A stretch of DNA of 64,000 nucleotides, from assembly GCA_965219445.1 (NCBI GenBank), contig CBDCNQ010000003.1, positions 320,001 through 384,000 on the forward strand, in the 5' to 3' direction. Source of the DNA: Longimicrobiales bacterium. GTDB taxonomy: Bacteria > Gemmatimonadota > Gemmatimonadetes > Longimicrobiales > Gaopeijiaceae. Positions within the stretch are counted from its first letter, which is position 1, and each line of letters starts with the position of its first letter. This document shows, piece by piece, positions 40,569 to 49,996 of the stretch. The notes below the pieces were generated by a model. It worked only from the letters and a program-made list of their open reading frames with translations. It ran no database searches and was not told the origin of the DNA. A program made the position numbers and the translations under genes.

Positions 40569-40877
40569 TGTTCTACCTCTAACCCAGGGACAACGGCGGC
40601 AGTCGCGCCGCGCCAACGGCATCGTGCCTAAAGACACGCCACCCGATCAGATGAAGAATCTAATCCAAGCGAGAATGGCGCATAACTCGTTGTTTGCGTA
40701 GCCTCATGTCGCCTGCCCCTCCCACCCTAATGGGTTTTGCGACGGGGGTGTCGGTTCAGCGTCGTCCCCGTGGGGAGGCCCGTGTGTGCTCCCGCCCGCG
40801 ACCTCGGACCTGGCAGGGCGTCCCCAGGGCGTCTTGTGCCGAGACTGGTCGCCCCTTTCCCGGGGCCAGAAACGCGC

Positions 40878-40976
40878 AGTTCCCCTCCCCTCCGCTGAGT
40901 TACCGCCACGTAACCCGAGTTCTTGGGGTACCACCTGGGGTACCATAGGCCCCTTTTCGCCCCTACCCCACAGACG
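40878..40976 (-). repeat. att-arm-like repeat, copy R2
   Basis: Plus strand GAGTTACCGCCACGTAACCCGAGTTCTTGGGGTACCACCTGGGGTACCATAGGCCCCTTTTCGCC. Confidence 0.9.
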
Positions 40977-40981
40977 ATCCG

Positions 40982-42440
40982 TTACCGAAAGAGGTCGGCG
41001 TTGACCAGAAAATGCGTCGCAATGCTCGCAGCGTAACCGAGAGCGATCGCCCATGTCCACTTGAGGTGCGAGAGGAACGTATAGATCCCTCGCGCCTGGC
41101 CCATCACCGCGACGCCTGCGGCGGAGCCGACGGACAGCATCGAACCCCCGACCCCGGCGGTCAGCGTCACCAGCAACCACTGGCCGAGACCCATGTCCGG
41201 ACTCATCTCCAGCACGGCGAACATCGCTGGGATGTTGTCGATGATGGCAGAAGCGACGCCCACGATGATGTTCGCCGTCGTTGCGCCCAGCACGCCATAC
41301 AGATAGTCGGAGCTGATCACCAGGTAGCCAAACGCTCCGAGGCCACCGACGCATAGCATGATGCCGTAGAAGAACATGAGCGTGTCCCACTCGGCACGTT
41401 CCAGATTTCGATAGATGTCGTAAGAGCCCTGCGTGCCTTTGCGCACATACATGGACCGCGGGTGCATCCAGCGACAGTGCAGTGTCGAACTCGCCTTCCA
41501 ACGAGTTGCCGAATCGCCGTGAGCGCTCCTGCAGATGGTAGCCGTAGAGCTTGAGGAACCCGAGCCCGGTCATCATGCCAATGACCGGCGGCAGGTGGAG
41601 AAGGTTGTGCGCCATAACGGCCATCGAAATGGTCAGCAGGAATAGGCCGACGACGACCCACGCGCCGTACTGCAACTCCGCCTTCTCGGTCACCGGCTCC
41701 GGCTGCGTTCTCGGCACCGCGAAGGAGATGATGAAGGCGGTAACGACCCAGTTGACGATCGACGGAACGACCAGTGCGAAGAACTCGGTGAACTCGACCT
41801 GCCCCTTCTGCCAGACCATCAGCGTCGTAATGTCACCGAACGGGCTGAAGGCGCCCCCCGCGTTGGCGGCAACAACGATGTTGATGCAAGCGATCGCGAT
41901 GAAGCGGTGATTACTCCCGCCTACCGCCATGACCACGGTAGACATGAGAAGTGCGGTGGTCAGGTTGTCCGCGATGGGTGACATGAGGAAGGAAATCACA
42001 CCGGTAATCCAGAAGATCTTGCGTAAGGAAAAGCCCTGGGAAACCAGCCAGACGCGGAGTACATCGAACACTCCCCGCTCCTCCATCGTGTTGATGTAGG
42101 TCATCGCCGCCAGAAGGAACAAGAAGAGCTCAGCAAACTCGAGCAGATCATGGCGGACGCCTTCCGCGATCAGTTCGGTCTCGCCGGCCTGCGTGAATGC
42201 GATCGCAACCAGCGCCCAGATCAAGCCTGCGGCAACCATTACCGGCTTCGACTTCCGCAGGTGAATCGTTTCCTCGGCGATCACCAGCGCGTAGGCAAGC
42301 ACAAATAGCACCAGCGCCGTAATTCCGGCCCAGTGCGAGGTGAAGTCGAGTTGGACCAGCTCAGCCTGGGCCGCCGCCGGGGTCGCAGATATCAGGAGGG
42401 CGGCCAGGCCGGCGAGGGTGATCAGGGCTATTGATTTCAT
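40982..42440 (-). pseudogene. nhaD: NhaD-type Na+/H+ antiporter with a frameshift near 41440-41500
   Basis: EETIHLRKSKP, PIADNLTT and GGAFSPFGDITT in one frame; AEWDTLMFFYG, IDNIP and GSAAGVA in another. Confidence 0.85.
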
Positions 42441-42520
42441 TGATCCTCGTCAGGGCTCGCAGCACGAAGGGCGTCCTGGAGCCAACAAGCTATCGAATAC
42501 GCCGCCTTCGGTCTCAAGAA

Positions 42521-42625
42521 CCGGCGTCCTAACGGCTCCCACTCCCTGAGTTCCCGTCAGGCAACCCGAGTTTTTGGGGTCCGACTTGGGGTACCAAAGC
42601 CACCTTTTCGCCACAAACTCCCAGA
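42521..42625 (-). repeat. att-arm-like repeat, copy R3; continues at 44526-44612 beyond the intron
   Basis: Plus strand CCGGCGTCCTAACGGCTC…GAGTTCCCGTCAGGCAACCCGAGTTTTTGGGGTCCGACTTGGGGTACCA…CCTTTTCGCC. Confidence 0.9.
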
Positions 42626-44525
42626 ATCGGGATAGGGGAGGACCGGCGTTCCCGGTCCTTCCCCTCCCACACCACCAGGCATGCGGGTCCGCACCTGGCG
42701 GTTCGGTGAGTTGAGGTCAGTACGGCGTGAGCCGGGGCACACCCAGCTCGTCGAAGTACGCCCCCGGCAAGGCCGTGTGCAGGGCGTGGTGCGCAGCCAC
42801 GTGCCACCAGCTTCGCGCGAACCGAGCAGCTCGCCAGGCGAGGTTCTCGCTCACACCGCGAGCCCTCAACTCCCGGTACGCTGTCCTTCCTCGTTTCCAC
42901 TGGCGTAATTGCAATGTACGCAGCCGGCGGTGGATCCATTGGTCCAGGTCTCGGAAACCCCCCGGTGTGTCCGCTAAGCCGAAGTATGCCTTCCACCCCA
43001 GCACGTAGCTCCGTAGCTCTTCCGCCACCTGTTGCAGGCTCCGCCCGCCGCTCCGGCTTGTAATCTGCCGGACTCGCTCTTTGAACTTCGTCAGGGCCTT
43101 CTTGCTGACCCGGCGCTTCACGACCTTCCCTGCCGCTACCCAGAAGCTGTAGCCCAGGAACTGTCGATCCCACACTCGCGCCACCGCGCTCTTTTCCTCG
43201 TTGACCTGAAGCCGAAGTTTCCCGTACAGGTGCCTCAGCGCCTGCATCACACGTTGTCCTGCCCGCCTCGACCGCACGTATACATTGCAGTCATCGGCGT
43301 ACCGGACAAACGCGTGTCCGCGTAGCTCCAACTCCTGGTCCACTTCGTCCAGGAGCACGTTCGCCAGCAACGGCGACAACGGTCCGCCCTGAGGCGTCCC
43401 CATGTGCCGCTCCATCACCACCCCGTTCGCCATGACTCCGGCCTGTAGGTAGCGACGGAGGATCCGCAGCATCGCCTTATCCTCGATCCGCTTTGCCAGC
43501 CGCCCCATCAGCACGTCGTGGTTCACCCGGTCGAAAAACTTCTCCAGGTCCACATCCACCACCCATCGTCTCCCCTCCTGGATGTATTGCTGCGCTTCGC
43601 GCACCGCATCGTGCGCTCGGCGCCCAGGCCGGAAGCCGTGGCTGTGCCGACTGAACGTCGGGTCGAACCTCGGTTGCATCACCTGCAGGATGGCTTGTTG
43701 GATGAACCGGTCCAGCACGGTCGGAATCCCCAACTCCCGGACCCCTCCCCCACTCTTCGGTATCTCCTGCCTTCGTACCGGCTTCGGTTGGTAGGTCCCC
43801 GCCAGCAACCGCTGTCGGATCTCCCCCCAGTGCCTGCGCAAGTACTCTGGCAGCTCCTCCACGTTCATCCCGTCGATGCCCGGACTGCCCTTATTCTGCC
43901 GCACGCGTTTCAACGCTCCTACGAGGTTGGCACGCCCGACCACCTCCTGCATCAGGAGATGCTCGCTTCCTGAGCGCTCGTCTCCATGGGCCACCGTTCC
44001 GGCTTCGCCACTCCCCTCTACCTTCGGGGCTTCACCCCTATCCTCCAGTGGGAGCCCCAGTTGCCTGGACTCCTGGCGCATGGCCTTGCCGAGGTCCACG
44101 GTCGTCACGCTCTCCTCTCCGTTCGGCCCTTCGTCCGACAAAGCTGGGTCCAAGCGCATCATGCACTTCGTCGGCCTACTATGGCCTCTGCTGACTTCTC
44201 GCTCCGCCGGCAGGCCCAACAGCGCAGTGCCGGCGTCACCCTTTCAGGCGTCAGGCGAGACCTCCCCGGGTAAGAACGATGACCTTCCCCGCACAATCGC
44301 CGGATCTACGCCGCTTCCCCTTGGTCGCAGGAGCTTCGCGGTCAGTGGTCCGCTCGCCCCGGTCCGCAGCGCCTCGTATCCGGTTCCTGTTCGTCGACTC
44401 ACGGGTTCGTTTCACGCTTCGTTCAGCGTACGCCTCACGACGAACGCCTTGCGCTTCCCTTCGGTCCCTGCGACCAGGTTCCGGGAGGACTTTCACCTCC
44501 AAGTCATCGCCCATGCCGGGCCCAC
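42626..44525 (-). mobile_element. Group II intron, class IIC
   Basis: 5' GTGGGCCCGGCATGG; short domain V GAACCGCCAGGTGCGGACCCGCATGCCTGGTGGTGT with CGC triad; 3' CCTATCCCGAT; inserted just after a terminator hairpin. Confidence 0.9.
42717..44081 (-). CDS. ltrA: Group II intron reverse transcriptase/maturase without an endonuclease domain; start approximate
   Basis: NKGSPGIDG; RELGIPTVLDR; DLEKFFD; GTPQGGPLSPLL; RYADD; domain X GWKAYF. Confidence 0.95.
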   Translation of the reverse strand: MRQESRQLGLPLEDRGEAPKVEGSGEAGTVAHGDERSGSEHLLMQEVVGRANLVGALKRVRQNKGSPGIDGMNVEELPEYLRRHWGEIRQRLLAGTYQPKPVRRQEIPKSGGGVRELGIPTVLDRFIQQAILQVMQPRFDPTFSRHSHGFRPGRRAHDAVREAQQYIQEGRRWVVDVDLEKFFDRVNHDVLMGRLAKRIEDKAMLRILRRYLQAGVMANGVVMERHMGTPQGGPLSPLLANVLLDEVDQELELRGHAFVRYADDCNVYVRSRRAGQRVMQALRHLYGKLRLQVNEEKSAVARVWDRQFLGYSFWVAAGKVVKRRVSKKALTKFKERVRQITSRSGGRSLQQVAEELRSYVLGWKAYFGLADTPGGFRDLDQWIHRRLRTLQLRQWKRGRTAYRELRARGVSENLAWRAARFARSWWHVAAHHALHTALPGAYFDELGVPRLTPY

Positions 44526-44529
44526 CACC

Positions 44530-44568
44530 AAAAAGCCGGAAGCCCAGATACTGCCTGGACCTCCGGCC
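44530..44568 (-). terminator. Terminator hairpin after the tRNA fragment; the intron target
   Basis: GCCGGAGGTCCAG…CTGGGCTTCCGGC followed by TTTTT on the minus strand. Confidence 0.75.
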
Positions 44569-44570
44569 AA

Positions 44571-44612
44571 TGAGCCGGGTGGGTCTCGAACCCACGACCT
44601 ACGGATTAAAAG
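44571..44612 (-). repeat. 42-bp duplicate of the tRNA-Lys 3' half (att core)
   Basis: Identical to 45402-45443; identity ends at the anticodon loop CTTTTAA. Confidence 0.95.
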
Positions 44613-44646
44613 ATCGATAGCATCATATACGCAGGGCGGCACTAAT

Positions 44647-45141
44647 CTATTTTCTCCCAAGAATTAACACTATTTCTTTTGGTTCCAACGTTTCGGATCC
44701 TCCTGTTGGTAGTTGAACTCTTGTTTGAGATGTTCCGCTTGTAATATTGATGAAATTCTTCCCCTGTTCCCATATTGCTGCCCTAGAGCCCATGACGCTT
44801 AGGTTCTGGCTAGGTTGTCCATTGCTTTCAATAAATTCATTGAGGACCGATTCGAATTCTGTCGTTGTTGTGAATAGAATGACGATCCCTATCAATTTTT
44901 CGTTTTGAACAAAGTATTGACGCTTTTTAAAACTCTCCCGCGCTGGCCGTTGGAACACCAAGAGTGCATTACCATTTTCATCCCGAATCTCTTGTGGTTG
45001 CGATAAATCGGAATAAAGATTTTGAAACTCTGTCAAAGACATATCGATGTACGCACCATCGAATCGTGGTGCGGGTTTGCTGCAACCAGTCGACAACGCC
45101 ATGAATAAGAAGGCGAGGAATCCTCTATGGATTTTCAACAT
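44647..45141 (-). CDS. Low-GC hypothetical lipoprotein (islet cargo)
   Basis: Signal ending STGC; visibly AT-rich compared with the flanks. Confidence 0.7.
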   Translation of the reverse strand: MLKIHRGFLAFLFMALSTGCSKPAPRFDGAYIDMSLTEFQNLYSDLSQPQEIRDENGNALLVFQRPARESFKKRQYFVQNEKLIGIVILFTTTTEFESVLNEFIESNGQPSQNLSVMGSRAAIWEQGKNFINITSGTSQTRVQLPTGGSETLEPKEIVLILGRK

Positions 45142-45251
45142 GATACCGTCGTTTCTCTATGTTATCATTTACATACGGGGCTTCCGTATAACTTGCTGCA
45201 CTTTTCATTTTGATACCAGGCATTTTTTTGGGAACCCGTTACGCTGCATTT

Positions 45252-45360
45252 CCGGCGTCCTAACGGCTCACATCCGCTGAGTTCCCGCCAGGCAACCTGA
45301 GTTTTTGGGGTACCACTTGGGGTACCATAGCCCCCTTTTCGCCCCCTCACTCACCGACGC
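45252..45360 (-). repeat. att-arm-like repeat, copy R4 (tRNA-proximal)
   Basis: Plus strand CCGGCGTCCTAACGGCTC…GAGTTCCCGCCAGGCAACCTGAGTTTTTGGGGTACCACTTGGGGTACCATAGCCCCCTTTTCGCC. Confidence 0.9.
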
Positions 45361-45363
45361 GAG

Positions 45364-45399
45364 AAAGCCGGAAGTCCTCTACCTACAGGACTTCCGGCT
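45364..45399 (-). terminator. Rho-independent terminator after tRNA-Lys
   Basis: 13-bp stem AGCCGGAAGTCCT/AGGACTTCCGGCT. Confidence 0.85.
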
Positions 45400-45401
45400 A
45401 G

Positions 45402-45474
<73 letters not shown>

Positions 45475-45833
45475 TGGCGGTAAAACTAGCCGCTCCGACC
45501 TCCAAGCTCCACGGGCTCAATTGTCCAACAGCCGTCGGTTCGCCAACGAACGACATTAACATCGCAACAAGCGCTCCTGGCCCGAGCAACAAAAGCGTCT
45601 TTGGAAAACATGTGTTTTCAATACGCCGACGGCGCTTGTTCCTTTGAATTGGAGTGAACGGAGCCCCTCCCTCCCCCTGACCCAGAACATCGGCAGGCCT
45701 GTCGAACCGCCGGATCCGCCGAGGTCACAAACGACCCAAGAAGCGAGATATTGCACGGGTCATGGGCTGTTTTGACCCCTGGAACCCGCATTCTTCCTCG
45801 CGATGGAACTCTTTTCCCAGGAGTAGGAAATTG

Positions 45834-45924
45834 TTGCGCACTTCTCAACCTGGGTTTACCATTAATGAAGAGTTGCGTGCCTCCGCTCTCGGAAACATGT
45901 GTTTAGGAGCCTCTGGAGGCACGA
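45834..45924 (+). promoter_or_regulatory. Sigma70-like promoter and structured leader of LamG/PKD gene 1
   Basis: TTGCGC-N17-TACCAT; GTGCCTCC pairs with GGAGGCAC over the RBS; AAACATGTGTTT inside the hairpin. Confidence 0.6.
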
Positions 45925-47973
45925 ATGGCCCAACAGCCCCGTTTACATCTAGTTCCCGCCGTCCTCACTCTCGCATTCGTCGCCTGCGAAAACTCCATCA
46001 CCGGCATCCCCGACCCTGTTGTCGAAGCGACGCCCGCCGTCGAGGCGGCGACCTCGGTGGCCCTGTCGCACGGTGGTTGCGTCACGCCGGGGGCCAATTT
46101 GATTTCGTGGTGGCCCGGCGACGTGGATGGAGACTTCAGCGACATCGTCGGTACGAATCCCATCGCGCGTTCCCAGGGCACCGCATTCGGACCGGGTATG
46201 GTGGATGGGGGCTTCCTGTTCAGTGGCGCACCCGGGCACTTCATGGAAATCGACGACGCTGAGACCTTGAGGCCGGCCAACTTCACGATCGACCTGTGGG
46301 CAAAGCGCCTCGGCCCGGGGCAACGCGGGACGGATATCTACGGCAACATGCTGGTCCAAAAGGCCATCGTTAACCCCAGCGTGGCCGGCTCGTTGTGGTC
46401 ATACTTTATTTCTTGGAGGAGTGACGGCACGCTCGCTGCCAGCGTGTATTTCGATAACGATCCCGGGGCTGTTGGTGGGCCGGTGAGGATCGAGACCACG
46501 GAATCCTTCCTGGACGGTATTCCGACCTTCGTCGCCCTGTCCGTCGCCGGCCTCGAGAATGAACTCGTTGTGACGCTTTACGTGAACGGCGCGGTGAAGG
46601 GCACATTCGATGCGACCGGACTTGGGGCCGTCTCCTACGGTCCCGGCGACATGGTAATTGGAAACAATTATGCCGAACCGCGGCGGCTAGGCTTTCACAG
46701 GACATTCGACGGGGTCATTGACGAAATCGAGATTTCCAGCTCCGCACTCACCAGCGACGAAATCCAGGCGATCTACAACGCTGGATCCGGCGGAAAGTGC
46801 AAGACCCCCGAGCCGGAGAATACCGCCCCTGAGGTCGACGCGGGCGACGATGGGGAGATCAACGAGGGCGACACCTTCACGGGCACGGGCTCGTTTGCCG
46901 ATCCTGATGAAGCCGACTCGTGGACTGCTACGGTCGACTACGGCGACAACAGTGGGGTCTCGGACCTCGCGCTGACCGGCTCGACCGGCAAGGACTTCAA
47001 CCTCTCTCACGTCTACGCGAACGATGGAGTCTATGAGATCATCGTTACGGTCGGCGACGGAGTGGCTGACCCGGTGACCGCCTCGGCTTCAGTCGTCGTG
47101 AAGAACGTGCTTCCGAGCGTTGATATGGGCCCGGATGCTAAGATCCTCGAGGGCAGCACCTTCGAAAGAGTGGGCTCCTTCACGGATCCGGGAGCAGACA
47201 CTTGGACCGCGACGGTTGACTATGGAGACGGCAGCGGGATTCAAGCGCTCGAGCCGTCGGGAATGAGCTTCGAGCTCTCCCACACGTATGTCGGCAACGG
47301 ATCCGGACCTTTCGCGGTGACAGTTACGGTCGATGACGGATCCGGTCCTTTCGCGGTGACGTCCACACTCGGAGTGGGTGACGACTCAGGTGTGGACGAG
47401 ACGCTGGTTACCGTCGTCTATCCCCTGACGATCCACCGGGCCACCGTCAGGTTGGACAGATGGAGGAAGTGGAGGAGGAGACACAGTAGAGAGACCTACA
47501 CTGTAGACGGCAGGCTCCCGCTCAGCCTACTCCAGCGCTTCGATCCGGCTAACGACGTCGTGACCGTCGCGTTCGCGGGAATCGAGCAGCCGATTTCTGC
47601 CGACTCCTTCGTTCGTAGGGGCCACAAATGGGAGTTCAGAGCTTCCCGGCGCGAAGGAGGGATCCAGAGGATTCGACTACACGATGACGGTCGTTTCAAG
47701 ATCCAAGCGAGAGGTCCGTTCGGCTACGATCTGCGTCACGTCAACTTCAGGGAGCCCGTCGACCTCTCTCTCTCGCTCGGTCCCGACATCGGCGAGGCGT
47801 CGGTTCAACTCAACCGGAGGCTACGTTTCCGCTCGCGCTGCGGTGGTGAGTGCCGCGACGACCGCGACCACGACGACGATGACGACGATAACGTTGATGA
47901 TGATGACCACGACGATGATCGCGGCAGGAAGCTTTTCAGGCGATTCATTAGAAAGGGTAGAAGGGGTAGGTAG
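45925..47973 (+). CDS. Lipoprotein with LamG-like jellyroll, two PKD-like domains and an acidic then basic tail
   Basis: FVAC lipobox; LYVNG…FDGVIDEI…ALTSDEIQAIY; WTATVDYGD…HVY repeats. Confidence 0.85.
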   Translation: MAQQPRLHLVPAVLTLAFVACENSITGIPDPVVEATPAVEAATSVALSHGGCVTPGANLISWWPGDVDGDFSDIVGTNPIARSQGTAFGPGMVDGGFLFSGAPGHFMEIDDAETLRPANFTIDLWAKRLGPGQRGTDIYGNMLVQKAIVNPSVAGSLWSYFISWRSDGTLAASVYFDNDPGAVGGPVRIETTESFLDGIPTFVALSVAGLENELVVTLYVNGAVKGTFDATGLGAVSYGPGDMVIGNNYAEPRRLGFHRTFDGVIDEIEISSSALTSDEIQAIYNAGSGGKCKTPEPENTAPEVDAGDDGEINEGDTFTGTGSFADPDEADSWTATVDYGDNSGVSDLALTGSTGKDFNLSHVYANDGVYEIIVTVGDGVADPVTASASVVVKNVLPSVDMGPDAKILEGSTFERVGSFTDPGADTWTATVDYGDGSGIQALEPSGMSFELSHTYVGNGSGPFAVTVTVDDGSGPFAVTSTLGVGDDSGVDETLVTVVYPLTIHRATVRLDRWRKWRRRHSRETYTVDGRLPLSLLQRFDPANDVVTVAFAGIEQPISADSFVRRGHKWEFRASRREGGIQRIRLHDDGRFKIQARGPFGYDLRHVNFREPVDLSLSLGPDIGEASVQLNRRLRFRSRCGGECRDDRDHDDDDDDNVDDDDHDDDRGRKLFRRFIRKGRRGR

Positions 47974-48004
47974 AAGCTGACGTTTTCCACCACCCGTGAG
48001 AAGA

Positions 48005-48038
48005 GGGGCGGCCCTCTTAGGCGAGGACCGCCCCTTTC
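48005..48038 (+). terminator. Terminator after LamG/PKD gene 1
   Basis: AGGGGCGG…CCGCCCCTTT. Confidence 0.7.
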
Positions 48039-48326
48039 CAATCCTGCGGCTCGCCAAATCCGGTCAGCATCCTCCTATGCGGGCCGGCTGAGGCCTTGGC
48101 GTGAAAACATATGTTTGTAGCCAGCCCATACCCCACTGGTCCCAAAAAAGAAGAGCGACAACACCGCCTCTCGTGATCCGGTCAACACCGGCGGGCCTGT
48201 CTCGATCGAGCCGGCGGCGTCCAAAGAGAGGCCCTGAAAGCGAGTTAAGGCAAGGATTATCAGCATCTAGCCCCTAGAAATCCCGCTCGCCCTCGCGGCG
48301 GAACGTCTCTCGGAGAAAAAAAATCG

Positions 48327-48419
48327 TTGCGCCCGGTTCAACCCAGTTTTACCGTTGATGTAGAGCTGCGTGCCTCCGCTCTCGTAAACATGTGTTTCTA
48401 AGCCCCACTGGAGGCATGC
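48327..48419 (+). promoter_or_regulatory. Duplicated promoter and leader of LamG/PKD gene 2
   Basis: TTGCGC-N17-TACCGT; TGCCTCC/GGAGGCA pairing; AAACATGTGTTT. Confidence 0.6.
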
Positions 48420-49961
48420 ATGACCAGAAAGAACCATTCACGGGCAGTTCTTGCCGTTCTCACCCTCGGGCTCATCGCGTGCGAGGGATCTATCACATCC
48501 GTATCCGATCCTGATATCGCACTCGAGGTACCTGCGTCCACGGGGCTCGGGCAGGGAAGTTGTGTTGCACCCGCTGCCGATCTGATCTCCTGGTGGCCAG
48601 GCGACGGCGATTTCGCCGACCTCGTCGGCACGAATCCCGTCTCCGGGACTGTGGGTGTCTCGTTCGAGCCGGGTGTCGTCGATGAAGCCTTCCGGTTCCA
48701 CGGATTGCCCGGACACTACATCCAAATCGCCGATTCTAATGTTTTGAGGCCAGCCGCCTTCACGGTTGATCTTTGGGCCGAGCGGTTCGGCCCGGGGCTA
48801 GGCACCTCTAACAATGATATCTACGGGAACATGCTGGTCCAAAAGGCCATTACCGACAACTCGCTGGATGGCTCGTTTTTCTCATACTTCATTTCCTGGA
48901 GAGGCGACGGCACCATCGCCGCCGGTGTGTATTTTGACAATGATCCCGGAGGTGCCGGCGCACCGGTGAGAATCGTGACCACGGAAAGTTTTCCGAACAA
49001 CACTCCGGTTTTCATCGCTCTGTCCGTCGATGGTCCTGCTGTGACGCTCTATGTCAACGGCGCAGTCAAGGGCACGTTCGACGCGACCGGACTCGGTTCC
49101 GTCGCCTACGGTACCGGCTCTATGGTCATCGGAAACAACTGGCAGGAGGGGCGTCGCCTCGGTTACCACAGGACGCCCGACGGGACCGTCGACGAAGTCG
49201 AGCTCTTCGGTCGTGCGCTTCCGATTGGGGAGATCCAAGCGATTTACGACGCTGGACCGGCCGGCAAGTGTAAAGACGGCAATGAGGCACCGGTGGTACC
49301 GGTGGTAGAGGTGGTCGTAGGTGAGATCGATGAGGGCGGGACCCTTGACGCCTCGGTCTCTTTTGCCGACGACGCCTCACACTCGTGGACGGCGACTGTG
49401 GACTACGGTGACGGCGACGGCGATGTGTTTTCGGGGACCAATGAGAACTTCGATGTGTCGCATACTTTTGCCCAAGACGGGGAGTACACAGTCACGGTTG
49501 CCGTGACGGACGACGCCGGATACGAGGGTCATGGGTACGCTAACGTCGTCGTGAACAACGTGGCTCCAACCGTGGACGTCGGTTCGGATGCCCAGATCCT
49601 CGAGGGCGACACCTGGGTGAGCGGAGGTTCCTTTACGGACCCCGGAGCAGACTCCTGGACAGCGACGGTTGACTACGGGGACGGCAGCGGAAGCCAGCCG
49701 CTCACTCTGGTCGGAAAAAGCTTCGAACTCTCTCACACATATGTTGGCAACGGATCCGGACCCTTCACCGTTACGGTTACCGTCGAAGATGACGATGCTT
49801 CCGGTGTAGGCACCGCGCTGGTTACCGTCGCCCCGTACCACTGCGATGGTGAGTGTCACGACGACGACTACGACGACGACTACGACGATGACGATGAAGA
49901 TGACGAAAACGACGATGACGACGGCGATGATGACGACGATGACGACGATGACCACAGCTAG
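48420..49961 (+). CDS. Paralogous LamG/PKD lipoprotein with a poly-Asp C-terminus
   Basis: LIAC lipobox; long shared blocks with gene 1 such as DIYGNMLVQKAI and SYFISWR. Confidence 0.85.
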   Translation: MTRKNHSRAVLAVLTLGLIACEGSITSVSDPDIALEVPASTGLGQGSCVAPAADLISWWPGDGDFADLVGTNPVSGTVGVSFEPGVVDEAFRFHGLPGHYIQIADSNVLRPAAFTVDLWAERFGPGLGTSNNDIYGNMLVQKAITDNSLDGSFFSYFISWRGDGTIAAGVYFDNDPGGAGAPVRIVTTESFPNNTPVFIALSVDGPAVTLYVNGAVKGTFDATGLGSVAYGTGSMVIGNNWQEGRRLGYHRTPDGTVDEVELFGRALPIGEIQAIYDAGPAGKCKDGNEAPVVPVVEVVVGEIDEGGTLDASVSFADDASHSWTATVDYGDGDGDVFSGTNENFDVSHTFAQDGEYTVTVAVTDDAGYEGHGYANVVVNNVAPTVDVGSDAQILEGDTWVSGGSFTDPGADSWTATVDYGDGSGSQPLTLVGKSFELSHTYVGNGSGPFTVTVTVEDDDASGVGTALVTVAPYHCDGECHDDDYDDDYDDDDEDDENDDDDGDDDDDDDDDHS

Positions 49962-49996
49962 TAGGTAGAAGCCAACGTCTTCCACCACCGGCGTGA

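Noticed and set aside
40704..41460. C-terminal part of the 578-aa ORF as real protein
   Set aside because: It is the out-of-frame run-on after the nhaD frameshift and crosses repeat R2.
42717..44219. Retron, DGR or defence reverse transcriptase
   Set aside because: Domain X, domain V/VI RNA and intron termini identify it as a group II intron; no template or variable repeat pair was seen.
44571..44612. Second tRNA-Lys gene
   Set aside because: Only the 3' half is present; there is no D arm or 5' acceptor strand.
45180..45245. attC site upstream of the low-GC lipoprotein (GCGTAAC…GTTATAC on the minus strand)
   Set aside because: The intervening sequence is not palindromic and no matching R'' box follows the gene.
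39845..45360. CRISPR array
   Set aside because: The repeats are 80-110 bp, separated by kilobase-scale genes, and there are no cas genes.
47297..47360. Internal repeat encoding GSGPFAVT twice in LamG gene 1
   Set aside because: Small in-frame duplication with no sign of a diversifying mechanism.
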